Counted from the first letter of the stretch, positions 13,501-23,122 are shown. The stretch: 64,000 bases of DNA from Phoronis australis (GCA_002633005.1 NMRA01000049.1:784394-848393); one strand, 5' to 3'. The notes: generated by a model from the sequence alone, not told the origin. Program-made: numbers and translations.

Positions 13501-16500
13501 TCTTGAAAGAATGTATGAAGGACAAGAGACTGAAATGCCGAGCATGTCATTTCAAAAATGGTCATCCCGATTACGGCAAATAACCTTGCCCTTAACGCGT
13601 GATGACTGGCCAAAAGACACTGAAGCCTCACCACTGCCTGTAGATGTGGGAAGTAATCTAATCCCTACGTCTAGCTCTAGAAAGTCAATTGTTACAGAGC
13701 TTGATCGCAAAGTAACCGCTGCTTTGGTGTCATCTGCAAATACTTCTTTCAAAACTAACACCAATGACTTTTTGATCGCATCTCTAATTCTAGCATACAA
13801 CGAGTCATTTGGGTTGGAGAGTCTTCAAATTGACGTTGAGGCACATGGTCGAGAGCCATGGGATGACTCCGATGACATTTCAAGGACTGTTGGCTGGTTC
13901 ATGACAATGTTTCCACTGACGCTGGAAATATGTCAGGGGCCATCATATGAGAAAACTATGGAAAATACGCTAAAATTAGTAAAAGAAAAGATTAGAAATA
14001 TTCCGAAGCGCGGGACGCCATTTTGGCTTTTGAAATTTTTGAATAATTCAGACGAAACGGAAGTTCAAAAGTCAGACGTACTATTTAATTACTATGGTCG
14101 ATTCAATCAAATTGAAACTAAAAGTACCCTATGGAAATTAGACGATGATTATCCGTGTGGTGATGACGAGTTTAGCTCAGATGAAAAACTGACACACAAG
14201 GTTGTCGTTGAATGCAGCCTCAAAGATGAAAAACTCCACATGAAGATGTTTTACTGCACTGATATCCATAAACAAAAGACCATTGAGTCGTGGATGGAGA
14301 AGTGGAAAGAAAACTTAACCAATCTGGTATCATACTGTGCAATGGATGACGTCTTTGGCTACACACCATCAGACTTTCCGTTGCTAAAGTTTTCACAGTA
14401 CCATTTAGATGAGCTGTTGTCTACACGACTTCCACAATTAGACATTGCAACCGAACAATTATCCGACATGTATCCGTGTACCGCTGCGCAAGAAGGTTTT
14501 CTGTTTAGACTTTTGCAAGATTCATCCGACTACGTAGTGCACAGGTCATGTATTATCAACGGCTCAGTTGATCAGGGCAAACTGCAAACCTGCGTTTGTA
14601 AAATAATTTTAAGACACGACATCCTACGAACGCGGTTTATTGCTGACAGATTAAATGGCTGCATGCAGATAGTACTGAAAACATTTGAGCCCCAGTGGAC
14701 GATTGAAGACTGGTCTGACCTTAAAAAAAGCGAATGTTCTCAAAGAGAGATTGAATATCTACGGAATGATCGACACTCGGGGTTCAATTTCACAGAGCCA
14801 ATGCTAAGGTTTGCACTTTTCAGAACATGCAAAGAGACATCCCGTTTCATTATAACTTCCCATCACAGTATAGTGGACGCACACACGTGTTCACTGGTTC
14901 TTCAGGAAATAATTATGGCGTATAATGGCGCAGTGCTTCCGGACGCACCGGTATTTAAGGAATACGTCAAAGAATTGATAGACTATAAAACGAGCAGTTA
15001 CAAAGCAAAGGGCTTTTGGAGAGAAGAACTCAACCAGCTACCTGATCGTGGAAACCTTCGTTTCTTGCCCCCAGAGGTTCCCCAAATCGGTTACGATGTT
15101 ATTCACCACTCAGCTTTGAACGGAAAGGTGGGTGAAATTCAGAAGTATGCAGAGCGACATGGGATTTTAGTTGCTGCCATGATCTGTGCATCTTGGGCTT
15201 ACGTAATCAACAAATATTCGTGCGACCCAAATGACGTCATTTTTGGTTTTGTTGTGTCTGGTCGTGGGACCTCGCATATTGAAAACGTTAACAGGTTAGT
15301 TGGAGTAACTACAAATACTTTGCCCTTCAGAGTAAAGATTCATGACCATCCCGTGGTGGAGTGGCTAGAGTACATACAGAAACAGATGATGGCTATTATT
15401 GAACATGAAAAATCATCACTAACAGACATTCAACAGTGGTGTGCATTGAATGCAGATGACGCACTGTTTGATACACTTGTCTCGTATAATGTGATGAACA
15501 GGGATACGGAGGTTTCTCTAAAATCTCATGGCATTGAGGTCTGCAATATCTATGACCATGAATTTACAGAGTATCCTCTGACATTAGAAATTCTTCACAC
15601 AACTAATGCTATCGAAATTAAAGCTATTTATAACAAAAATATTATCGACGTGGCAGCAGTTGTCCAAACCCTTAATCAGCTAGAAAGAGTCATGTGGTGG
15701 ATAGCAACTACGTCAGAGGAAACACTGATAAGCGAATTTGACATTGTGAGCCCTGAGGAGCATCTCGTGTTAGAAAATTTGAATCCGATAGATAACTATA
15801 AAGCCCAACTCGGGCATTTCACAGGCGTGCAACACCTGTTTGAAATAATGGTCGAACTTAATCCAAAAGAGAAAAAGGCATTAATAATGGACGATGAGTC
15901 ATTAACCTATAGAGAACTCAACTCAGCAGCTAATGCTATAGCTATTCGTCTCCGATCTCTTGGCCTTTCACGTGGTGAGAAGGTTGGACTTCTCATTGAT
16001 CGAGGGATACCCATGGTTGTCGGAATGCTGAGTATCTGGAAGGCTGGAGGCGCCTTTGTTCCTATAGATGCTGCACAGCCATTGGATCGTGTGTTGTTTA
16101 TATTAGAGGACTGTGGATGTCGATTTGTCTTTAACTCCAGTTCCATTGACGCAAAATCGCTACCGCAAAAGCACACTTACATTTGTTTAGATAATCACTG
16201 TCTTGCTTCGTTCAAAAACGAAAATGTGAGTAATCTTGAATGTGTACATGACGCACGAGACCTTGCGTACATGATTTACACCTCGGATACAACTGGGCGA
16301 CCAAAAGGTGCCATGGTTGAACATGGTGGGCTAATCAATTCATTAATGTATAAGCCTGGAGGGGTTCTCGAAGTGACTCCTCAAACAAATGTGATGCAGT
16401 ACTTTGCCGTCGGATACGATGGTGCTGTCTTGGAGGTGTGGACAACGCTTTGCCATGGTGGATGTCTTTTCATTCCTTCCGGTGATTTCACAAAAACGAT

Positions 16501-18310
16501 GAAGACAGTCGACGCTGTTGGAAGTACACCGTCTACTTTGGCTATTCTGAACCCTGACGAGTATTTTAACTTAAAACTTGTTTTTGCTGGCGGTGAGCCA
16601 TGTTCTTCCGCAATGGTAAACTTATGGGGTAAAAATCGGGTTCTGTTAAACGGCTACGGACCAACGGAATGTAGTGTTATGTCCCACAGTGGTCGTCTGC
16701 AGCCGTATAAACGAATTACAGTAGGCAAGCCTCTACCAAATACCCAAAGTTACATTCTTGACAGTAATCAGCGACCTGTTCCTCCGAACATGACTGGTGA
16801 GCTTTTCATTGGAGGAGTCAATGTTGGAAGAGGTTACCACAATAGACCAGATTTGACAGAGGCTGCTTTCCTTGAAAATCCCTTCGATGCTGGACGAATT
16901 TACAAAACAGGTGATTTGGCAAGATGGTTGGAAAACGGAGAAATTGAAATCATAGGACGAATTGACCATCAAGTCAAATTACGAGGCAAACGTATCAAAC
17001 TCGAAGAAATCAGGAGTGCTATGGAACGTCTCCTGGGTGTCACACAAGCACATGTCCTTGTTCAAGATAAACAACACATCGTAGCATATGCTCTTACTTC
17101 CACTGGAGTCAGCCAAGCCGACATCCTCCTCTCCTTAAAAAAGAAACTTCCCAACTTCATGGTACCAACAGCAATATTTTGCATGAGTAATTTTCCTTTG
17201 ACAGCAAATAACAAGATTGATCAACACTCACTGCCGAGATTTGAGCCCCGAACCACTCATTACAAAGGAGCAAAACCATCTAATAATCTTGATAACTTGA
17301 TTCTTAATTGTTACAGAGAGGTTGTTGACCCAGGTTTTAAAATGGCGGACGATTTCTTTGAGCTTGGTGGGCACTCCCTTTCAGCAATGAGATTAAAATT
17401 CATGCTTGAAGACAATACAGGCTTAGACATTTCCATGGCCGATGTAATGAACCTCACCACACCGGCTGACCTTGCAGCAGAGCTAAGCAACAGAATGTTG
17501 TTTCCACGAAAGAAAGTAAAGTCAATATCCATAATACAAAAAACGTGTCCAGTCGAGGGAGACAAGATCATCACAGCCAAAACGTCCTGTCGACAAGAAC
17601 AAATGTGTTTATTGTACGAACAAATACCGAATAGTCCAGTGTATAATGTTACCATAGTTCTTGAATTTCATGGACTCTTGAACGTTGGATTTTTAGAACA
17701 ATCCATTAAAAACATAACGACAGTGCATAGTTCGTACCGAACATCTTTTAAGAGGTCAGGTGACAATTCATTTACTCAAACGGTCACCCCAGTCAAAGAC
17801 TATAAACTGAATTTTAGGTATTACGACTATTCTGGAGAAAGAAGTAGTTTCCAGCAGAAGGCGCGTGAGCTTCTATACAGAGAAGCTGCAACCCCGTTCG
17901 ATCTTTATTCCGTACCGTTGGCTAGATTTGTGCTAGTGAAACTTTCTAACGAAGTTCATCATTTGGGCATATTTATGCACCACGCAATCACCGACGGCGC
18001 CTCGCTTAAGATAACCATTGATCACTTAGCAGAATTCTATTCTTCCTTAGTGAATAATTGCAAGCCAAACATTCCGCAACAGAGATTAAATTATATTGAT
18101 TACAGCAACTGGGAGAAGAAATTGTTCGAAAGTGGTGAAATTGAAAGACAAATACAGTTTTGGAAAGAGAAGTTGGAAAACGTTGCCAATAAATTAGACT
18201 TACCTATAGATAGAGCACGTCCTGCCATTCCAACTTATCAAGGCGAGACTTTGTTCTTTGACATTCCGGACTTTGTCTCCGAAGAGGTGTTGAAGTGCTC
18301 TCTAGAATGA
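10538..18310 (+). CDS. NRPS, open 5' portion: partial C - A1 - T1 - E1 - C2 - A2 - T2 - C3 (cut by an in-frame TGA)
   Basis: A1 has YVIYTSGSTGKPKGV, FDLSVYD, GGATE, YKTGDL and NGKVDR. T1 is GGDSI (Ser 12917). E1 has HHLVVDLVSW, EAHGRE, RTVGWF, FNYYGR and TPSDFP. C2 is HHSIVD. A2 has YMIYTSDTTGRPKG, NGYGPTE and YKTGDL. T2 is GGHSL (Ser 17375). C3 is HHAITDG. The ORF opens at 10439; the ATG at 10538 follows a splice-acceptor-like TTTATTGCAG. Confidence 0.95.
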   Translation: MASDDAKVSGHENTYHGEVFEISREDCSVIADIVSLFGYSTVEALVCIAYAVLVRYEGADKPPSISLAFGSPGQDKHETDKSSRWDKEATIDEEYSTALFPCDVNGSISDMLLSQRLTFDKWPEAQSKFNRSSPSAYMAFDFPRDFNRRSQSNQYDVKLNLTHQFTGGYSCSMRQSTKCCGDQVARFRNHFLTLLSQVHCSENINLLSTPIQTLEEKRLMAKYNATDKFYENSTSPMHELFEEQARHRPDDVAIFCAEQSLTYKQLDEQSTRLSHKILCAMGNAFSSRLVGISVDASINMVIGLYAIMKAGFAYVPLDPSYPEKRLSYMIENSEVSLVLANRSMVDLLRNCCQTVLCLEDVLVESAEERVFEKQIVNPDYLAYVIYTSGSTGKPKGVMVSHRNAVNTLLDINDRYSVTERDKILLVASLSFDLSVYDIFGILAAGGTLVIPVPEVRGVPDPKCWFETMRKHNVTIWNSAPAVLSVLVEFILSEDDSLPFSLRLCILSGDRIPLKLPTQLQDMVPGIQVVSQGGATEGSIWSIHYPIQTVDDDWTTIPYGMPLSNQKYYVLDESLNPVPTLVKGELFIGGRGVTMGYINNPKITEDQYLPSPFVKGERIYKTGDLGRLHSTGYIEFCGRIDNQVKIRGFRVELSEIEWTLINQEGVADVLVLKVQERLVAYIICDQNVRLVEADLRQKIALYLPPYMVPAFFVFMHSFPVTANGKVDRQALSEINFRQRKDEDTDPSLPEKHKLVTTPSFTEKEYLIVQAWSEAFNVALDELSPSSSFFEVGGDSISAMTVVSAVRKKGFRISVQQVLGHPRLCHLAMIAKPIGSVQKSRVEADEHLTPVVQLTPAQTWFFRQEFKNPHFWNQSFLVQPKKEIKACQLKAALNRLTAQHEMLRCSYSQTSDGGWVQKINHIKTPFFKTKTLENFDVLKDELDNLKSSLNIHKGPLLAVGLFSVGNVQKIYVTVHHLVVDLVSWRIIFEDLERMYEGQETEMPSMSFQKWSSRLRQITLPLTRDDWPKDTEASPLPVDVGSNLIPTSSSRKSIVTELDRKVTAALVSSANTSFKTNTNDFLIASLILAYNESFGLESLQIDVEAHGREPWDDSDDISRTVGWFMTMFPLTLEICQGPSYEKTMENTLKLVKEKIRNIPKRGTPFWLLKFLNNSDETEVQKSDVLFNYYGRFNQIETKSTLWKLDDDYPCGDDEFSSDEKLTHKVVVECSLKDEKLHMKMFYCTDIHKQKTIESWMEKWKENLTNLVSYCAMDDVFGYTPSDFPLLKFSQYHLDELLSTRLPQLDIATEQLSDMYPCTAAQEGFLFRLLQDSSDYVVHRSCIINGSVDQGKLQTCVCKIILRHDILRTRFIADRLNGCMQIVLKTFEPQWTIEDWSDLKKSECSQREIEYLRNDRHSGFNFTEPMLRFALFRTCKETSRFIITSHHSIVDAHTCSLVLQEIIMAYNGAVLPDAPVFKEYVKELIDYKTSSYKAKGFWREELNQLPDRGNLRFLPPEVPQIGYDVIHHSALNGKVGEIQKYAERHGILVAAMICASWAYVINKYSCDPNDVIFGFVVSGRGTSHIENVNRLVGVTTNTLPFRVKIHDHPVVEWLEYIQKQMMAIIEHEKSSLTDIQQWCALNADDALFDTLVSYNVMNRDTEVSLKSHGIEVCNIYDHEFTEYPLTLEILHTTNAIEIKAIYNKNIIDVAAVVQTLNQLERVMWWIATTSEETLISEFDIVSPEEHLVLENLNPIDNYKAQLGHFTGVQHLFEIMVELNPKEKKALIMDDESLTYRELNSAANAIAIRLRSLGLSRGEKVGLLIDRGIPMVVGMLSIWKAGGAFVPIDAAQPLDRVLFILEDCGCRFVFNSSSIDAKSLPQKHTYICLDNHCLASFKNENVSNLECVHDARDLAYMIYTSDTTGRPKGAMVEHGGLINSLMYKPGGVLEVTPQTNVMQYFAVGYDGAVLEVWTTLCHGGCLFIPSGDFTKTMKTVDAVGSTPSTLAILNPDEYFNLKLVFAGGEPCSSAMVNLWGKNRVLLNGYGPTECSVMSHSGRLQPYKRITVGKPLPNTQSYILDSNQRPVPPNMTGELFIGGVNVGRGYHNRPDLTEAAFLENPFDAGRIYKTGDLARWLENGEIEIIGRIDHQVKLRGKRIKLEEIRSAMERLLGVTQAHVLVQDKQHIVAYALTSTGVSQADILLSLKKKLPNFMVPTAIFCMSNFPLTANNKIDQHSLPRFEPRTTHYKGAKPSNNLDNLILNCYREVVDPGFKMADDFFELGGHSLSAMRLKFMLEDNTGLDISMADVMNLTTPADLAAELSNRMLFPRKKVKSISIIQKTCPVEGDKIITAKTSCRQEQMCLLYEQIPNSPVYNVTIVLEFHGLLNVGFLEQSIKNITTVHSSYRTSFKRSGDNSFTQTVTPVKDYKLNFRYYDYSGERSSFQQKARELLYREAATPFDLYSVPLARFVLVKLSNEVHHLGIFMHHAITDGASLKITIDHLAEFYSSLVNNCKPNIPQQRLNYIDYSNWEKKLFESGEIERQIQFWKEKLENVANKLDLPIDRARPAIPTYQGETLFFDIPDFVSEEVLKCSLE

Positions 18311-20680
18311 GGAGGTACACTTTTCACATCTCTTACAACAGTATACGCATTATTGATTCGTATCTACTGCCAATCAGATGACGTGGTTGTAGGAGCACTT
18401 TTCTCAGGAAGACACAATCCTTGTGTCGAAAATATAGTTGGCTATTTTGTGAATACGCTTCCTCTTCGAATTCAGTTTAATCAGAAGGCAACTTTCAGGT
18501 CCTGTTTGACGGATGTAAAGAACTTAATGCTCGAGGTTCTTGATAATCAGGACGTGCCGTTTCAGAAAATTCTCGAGTCCTTGAACGTGCCACGTGACAC
18601 GTCAAATCACCCTATTATTCAAGTTGCTACTGTGTTTCAAGAAAGTATCACAAGCAGAGCCTTGGCCGACGGACTTTCAGTGAAAGCACAAGCTTTTGAG
18701 CAGTTCACAGCAAAATTTGACTTGAATTTAGAATTTGTAAGACATCAAAACGGGAAACTAAGTGGAGAATTTATCTTTAACACCGACATTTTCAACCGTT
18801 GTACTATACAACGAATGAGTCAACATTTGTTGTATTTGCTTAACATGTTGACAAAAAACCGAGACTCTCCATTGGCTAGCCTTGACATGCTTCCGCCGAG
18901 TCAAACTGATCTCATCAGGTCATTCAATACATCTGGGGAATGCTGTAGACTCCACATACATCAACAGTTTGAGAAGCAAGTAGAATTGGTACCAGACAAC
19001 ATTGCGGTAGAGCAAATAGATCGACACATAACGTACAGAAGACTTAACGCCGCTTGCAACAACTTGGCGCGGAAGCTGCGCGCTGCTGGTGTTGTGCCTG
19101 ATACCGTTGTTGGTCTGATAGGAGAGAGAAATTTGGAGTGCGTCGCTTCCGAGATGGCAATTTTGAAGGCTGGTGGAGCAATACTATTAATTGAAGCATC
19201 AGCTCCTCGAAATCGCATCGAATTGATGTTGGGTGAAACCGATTGTAAAGTGGTTGTAACCACAAAAGGAATAAAACTAACTGGACTTCTTGATACATTC
19301 CGAGGAGAAATAATCTTGGTTGACGTAGAAAAGTATACTACACGTTGTAACGTTGACACCATCGAAGAAAATGACCATCAAAATTTGGAAAACGTTGTAA
19401 ATTCGAGTCACCTGGCGTACATAGTCTTCACTTCAGGAACGACTGGTAAACCAAAAGGAGTCATGATTAACCATTGGGGATGCCAATGTTTAATCCCTCG
19501 GCTATGTGAAGCCTATTCCATTACACATGGCACAAGAATGACGCATTTCTTTAACATAATGTTTGACGGTGCGTATCAGGAAGTATTCATGGCTTTGACA
19601 AGTGGGGCAACCCTGGTGCAACGAGAAGAAAATTTCTTAAATACTTTAAAACATGTTGATGTTTCGTTGACGTCCCCCTCAATTCTTTCGTCTTTGGACC
19701 CTGAAGACTTTCCCAATCTGAAGAAGGTAATAGTGGGTGCTGAAATTCTTCCACAGTCTACGGTGGCTAAATGGAAAGACCACGTGGAGCTTTATAACGA
19801 ATATGGCCCATCGGAAGTAACTATTATGTGTACCCTTGGGTTAACAAATTTTAACGAAAAGGTGACAATTGGCAAACCAATTACTAATTGTACAGTGCAT
19901 ATTTTAGATGGCAATCTAAAGCGTGTTCCCATTGGAGTCAAAGGGACATTGTACATTGGGGGAAACGGAATTGCAAGGGGTTATCTCAAACGACCAGACC
20001 TAACTAACAAGAAATTCGTCGACAACCCTTTCTGCATAGGAAAACTTTACAATTCGGATGACGTAGGGTATTGGACTGCAGATGGCCAGATCGTCCTTAC
20101 AGGTCGAAGAGATAGACAAATCAAATTACGAGGCTTTCGAATAGAGCTTGATGAGGTTGATCATGCTATGCGAAGTGAGAAGGGAATTTCAAATTCTGCT
20201 TGTGTCGTAAAAAATGACATGCTTGTGGGGTACGTGACACCGGACATTGGCAGTTTGGGAGTACGTGAACTACAGAAGAATCTTCAAGACAAGCTTCCCC
20301 ACTACATGGTACCGTCAGTGATTGTTGCTCTATCGAAATTCCCCATGTCAGTTTCAGAGAAAATCGACTACCAACGCTTGCCTGAACCTTCTATCATCGA
20401 GTCTGAAATACTCACGGCGAAAGAAGAAATTCTCCGTAGAATATGGAGCGACGTTCTGCAAATTGAGTTATCTAGGATCAAGACTTTTGACTCATTCTTT
20501 TACTTAGGCGGCGATTCCATCTCGGCAATGAGGCTACTCTTCCTTGGAAGAAAGTGTGGTTTACGCTTTACAGTTCAACAAATCTTTCAATCCAGAAGTC
20601 TTTCTGACCTAGCACACGTTGCAAAATATGCTCACAAAATGAAAGCCGGTAAGAAATGTGAACATGAGGAGGTTTCGTGA
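18311..20680 (+). pseudogene. NRPS continuation in the same frame: rest of C3 - A3 - T3
   Basis: In frame with the upstream ORF (LE*GGTLFTSLTTVYALLIRIYCQSDDVVVG, VGYFVNTLPLR, AKFDL). A3 has YIVFTSGTTGKPKGV, NEYGPSE and IKLRGFRIEL. T3 is GGDSI (Ser 20516). Confidence 0.92.
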
Positions 20681-21410
20681 CATTTTCCATTGACCCGCAT
20701 CCAAGAATGGTCTTTCGACTTAAACCTTCGCAATTGCAACTGTTTTAATCAATCACTGCTTATGAAGTTATTGTTGACCTTCAAAATGCTACCAATGCAC
20801 TCGCGTCATGATATCTTGCGTGCTGTATTCTCGTTTAAACCGGGTGAACGTGCGGCGCAAGAAATAATGTCTGTAAATGATGCGCCAATGCCGAAACTGA
20901 TTCGCAAGATAGAATTACTGAAGACAAACTGGAAGCAGAGATGATCGAACAAATATAGCTAGACAAAGAAACAACCAGCAAATTACGCAGTCTCAGAAGG
21001 ACACGTGGACACGACGTTACTTCGATTAATGATATTCTTCTGACATCACTCATGATAGCGTATAATGAATGTACGGGAGAATCAGTAATAACCATTGAGC
21101 AGGAATGGCATGGGAGAGAGTCTTGGACTGACAGGCTTGATGTGTCTCGTACTGTCGGCTGGTTCACCGCCATGTATCGCGTAACGTTGTCCTCACACAA
21201 TCACACAAACGGAGTACTGGATCACCTTGAAGAAACAAAGCGACGTCTTCGAAATATTCCTGATCACGGTAGGCTATATGCAGTAATGAAATATCTAAAG
21301 AAAGACAATTATCCAAGGTTTCACCAAAAAATTGACATTACATTCAACTACCACGGAAGTTCAACGATGAATAGACATAATAGTCTGTGGGTAGTATGCG
21401 ATATCAAAAA
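20681..21410 (+). pseudogene. Disrupted second epimerization domain (E2)
   Basis: After TGA 20678 it reads HFPLTRIQEW..FNQSLL..RHDILR. A frameshift near 20900 and TAG at 20956 follow, then LDKETT..NDILLTSL..EWHGRE..SRTVGWFT..RNIPDHG..FNYHG. The HHxxxD catalytic segment present in E1 is absent. Confidence 0.85.
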
Positions 21411-21411
21411 A

Positions 21412-21808
21412 CGGATTTGTTACAGTCGGAGAATTACAGTAGGATTAAATGTTCTTGGTATTATTGTAACTAATATTATTATCTCCATGATAGCAAGTAG
21501 CAGCATATATTAATAAAAACAACCACGGTTTTAAATCGACTTGACACGTTTCCGTGTCATTTATTCAAACACCATCATCAGAAGAGACAATATAGTGGCC
21601 ACCTAGCTTGGCCCAGCAACAAGCAATGAAGCACAGATACAGTCAGTTACAGGGAGTGACAATAGACCAACAATGACAACCTGTGGTGTGCCAGTTGCCT
21701 ATTGAGATTGGGCTTGCACCAACTGATGTTTAGAGCCTCACGAATTTTACGCTTCTTTGTTGTTTCTGCCTGTTCTATTATTGCAACGTCATTGAAAGAG
21801 TACTGCTG
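21412..21808 (-). mobile_element. 5'-truncated Penelope-like element (GIY-YIG C-terminus plus hammerhead-containing tail) inserted in the NRPS
   Basis: 21808-21647 (minus) translates QQYSFNDVAIIEQAETTKKRKIREALNISWCKPNLNRQLAHHRLSLLVYCHSL*, matching the Penelope GIY-YIG end (K.KEAL.I...KP.LN.Q). A minimal hammerhead motif follows. Confidence 0.8.
21540..21586 (-). ncRNA. Minimal hammerhead ribozyme motif (degenerate)
   Basis: Minus strand: CTT-CTGATGA-T-GGTGTT-loop-GACACG-GAAAC-GT-GTC-AAG. Both core boxes, stem II (GTGTT/GACAC), a GUC cleavage triplet and a short stem I (CTT/AAG) are present. The stem II closing pair is mismatched. Confidence 0.7.
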
Positions 21809-21809
21809 C

Positions 21810-22051
21810 TAACGATGCCACCTTCAACGATTTATCATGGACATGTCACATTCGCACGAGCCACCGACTTACTAAAAGATGGCCCATTGGCGGAAACGCT
21901 TGTTGAGATACAAGAGCAAGGGCGCGACTATGGTACTCCACAATTGTGTTCTAAAACCGTGCGAGTTGTTCACGTTGACGACGACCATTACACAATGACC
22001 AGAGATGAAAGACAGATTATAGCGAAGGCTATTGCTGGAGCATCAAAGTAA
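21810..22051 (+). pseudogene. C-terminal remnant of a probable NRPS thioesterase domain
   Basis: PSTIYHGHVTFARATD...VRVVHVDDDHYTM...IIAKAI* resembles the type I TE C-terminus (Y.G.V.L.RA...V.V..V.GDH..M). The GxSxG part is missing. AATAAA lies at 22103. Confidence 0.6.
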
Positions 22052-22269
22052 ATATATGCATATATACTGTATGTTTTGCATTTGCGGTAGTGAGTCAAAG
22101 ACAATAAACTATAATATTGTAGTTAATAGGTAATAGTCATGCGGTCGTCACTTTCAAACAATAGTGACAGTAGTTGTTTTCAGTAACTAAATGTATTGGA
22201 AATATAATGTACAAAGACGAAAACAGGATGTCTGAAAAATACTTAACTGGGAGACAAAACGTAAAGGTA

Positions 22270-22800
22270 GTGATACATAAGCGGTGGCGAGTCATAATAG
22301 GTGGTGATTAGCCATGTGCTTAGTTTTATAGAAGTGGTGATAATCCATGTATTTTGCTACATAAAAGTGGTGATGAGCAGTATTTAACTATATAAAAGGT
22401 GAGGCATATGACCGAGCCATATATTTACCTATTCGTAAGTAGCGATGGGCCACATATTTAGCTATACAACAGTAGCGATGAGCCATATATTTAGTTATAT
22501 ATCAGTAGCGAGGCACATATTTGGCTACATATAAGTGGTGATGAGGCATATATTTGGCTATACGTATAAGTGGTGATGAGCCATATATTTAGTTATATAT
22601 CAGTAGCGAGCCACATATTTGGCTACATATAAGTGGTGATGAGGCATATATTTGGTTATACGTATACGTGGTGGTGAGCCATATATTTAATTACATATCA
22701 GTAGCAAGTCACATATTTGGCAACATATAAGTGGTGATGAGGCATATATTTGACTATACGTATACGTGGTGATGGGCAATAGTTACATACATAAGTGGTT
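22270..22800. repeat. Minisatellite of ~33-bp monomers with a 98-bp higher-order repeat
   Basis: AGCCATATATTTA..TA.ATATCAGTAGC recurs at 22481, 22579 and 22677 (period 98). Each unit is built from three related GTGGTGATGAG.CATATATTT monomers. Confidence 0.9.
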
Positions 22801-23122
22801 AGGTTCTTAGGTGAACAAAGAAGTTGCAACACCTGAAGAAGACCGGAGATTGAAATGACCACCGGATCGTAATGCCAATATACAGGTTGGAGTAGGCCTA
22901 TGTAGACCAAGACATTTTAGGAATGGTGTTACTGTATCACAACCTCAAAACGTTTTCAGGAAGTCAAAATTAGTTTGTGCCAACTAGTATTGTTACTGTT
23001 CACTTATTGACAGAGATATTTGAAATCAAACGTAGGAGGTTTTGGGGATTAACTGGTGAAGAGTCATATACATGAATAAGTACGGATATGGTGGCGATAA
23101 TATAATAGTGGTAAGGAGTCCC

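Noticed and set aside
18308-20680. Programmed readthrough or selenocysteine at the two in-frame TGA codons of the NRPS
   Set aside because: They are accompanied by a TAG, a frameshift, a catalytic-site deletion and motif mutations. No SECIS was recognised, so decay is the simpler explanation.
10439-22051. NRPS as bacterial contamination or a bacterial gene cluster
   Set aside because: There are no operon neighbours, PPTase, transporter or tailoring genes. It is flanked and interrupted by animal repeats and is contiguous with spliced genes.
10439-22051. Calling it ACV synthetase (pcbAB)
   Set aside because: The Cys-type domain is in module 1 rather than module 2, there is an extra E domain, and no isopenicillin N synthase lies in the window.
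22270-22800. CRISPR-like array
   Set aside because: There are no unique spacers, the context is eukaryotic, and it is a plain tandem repeat.
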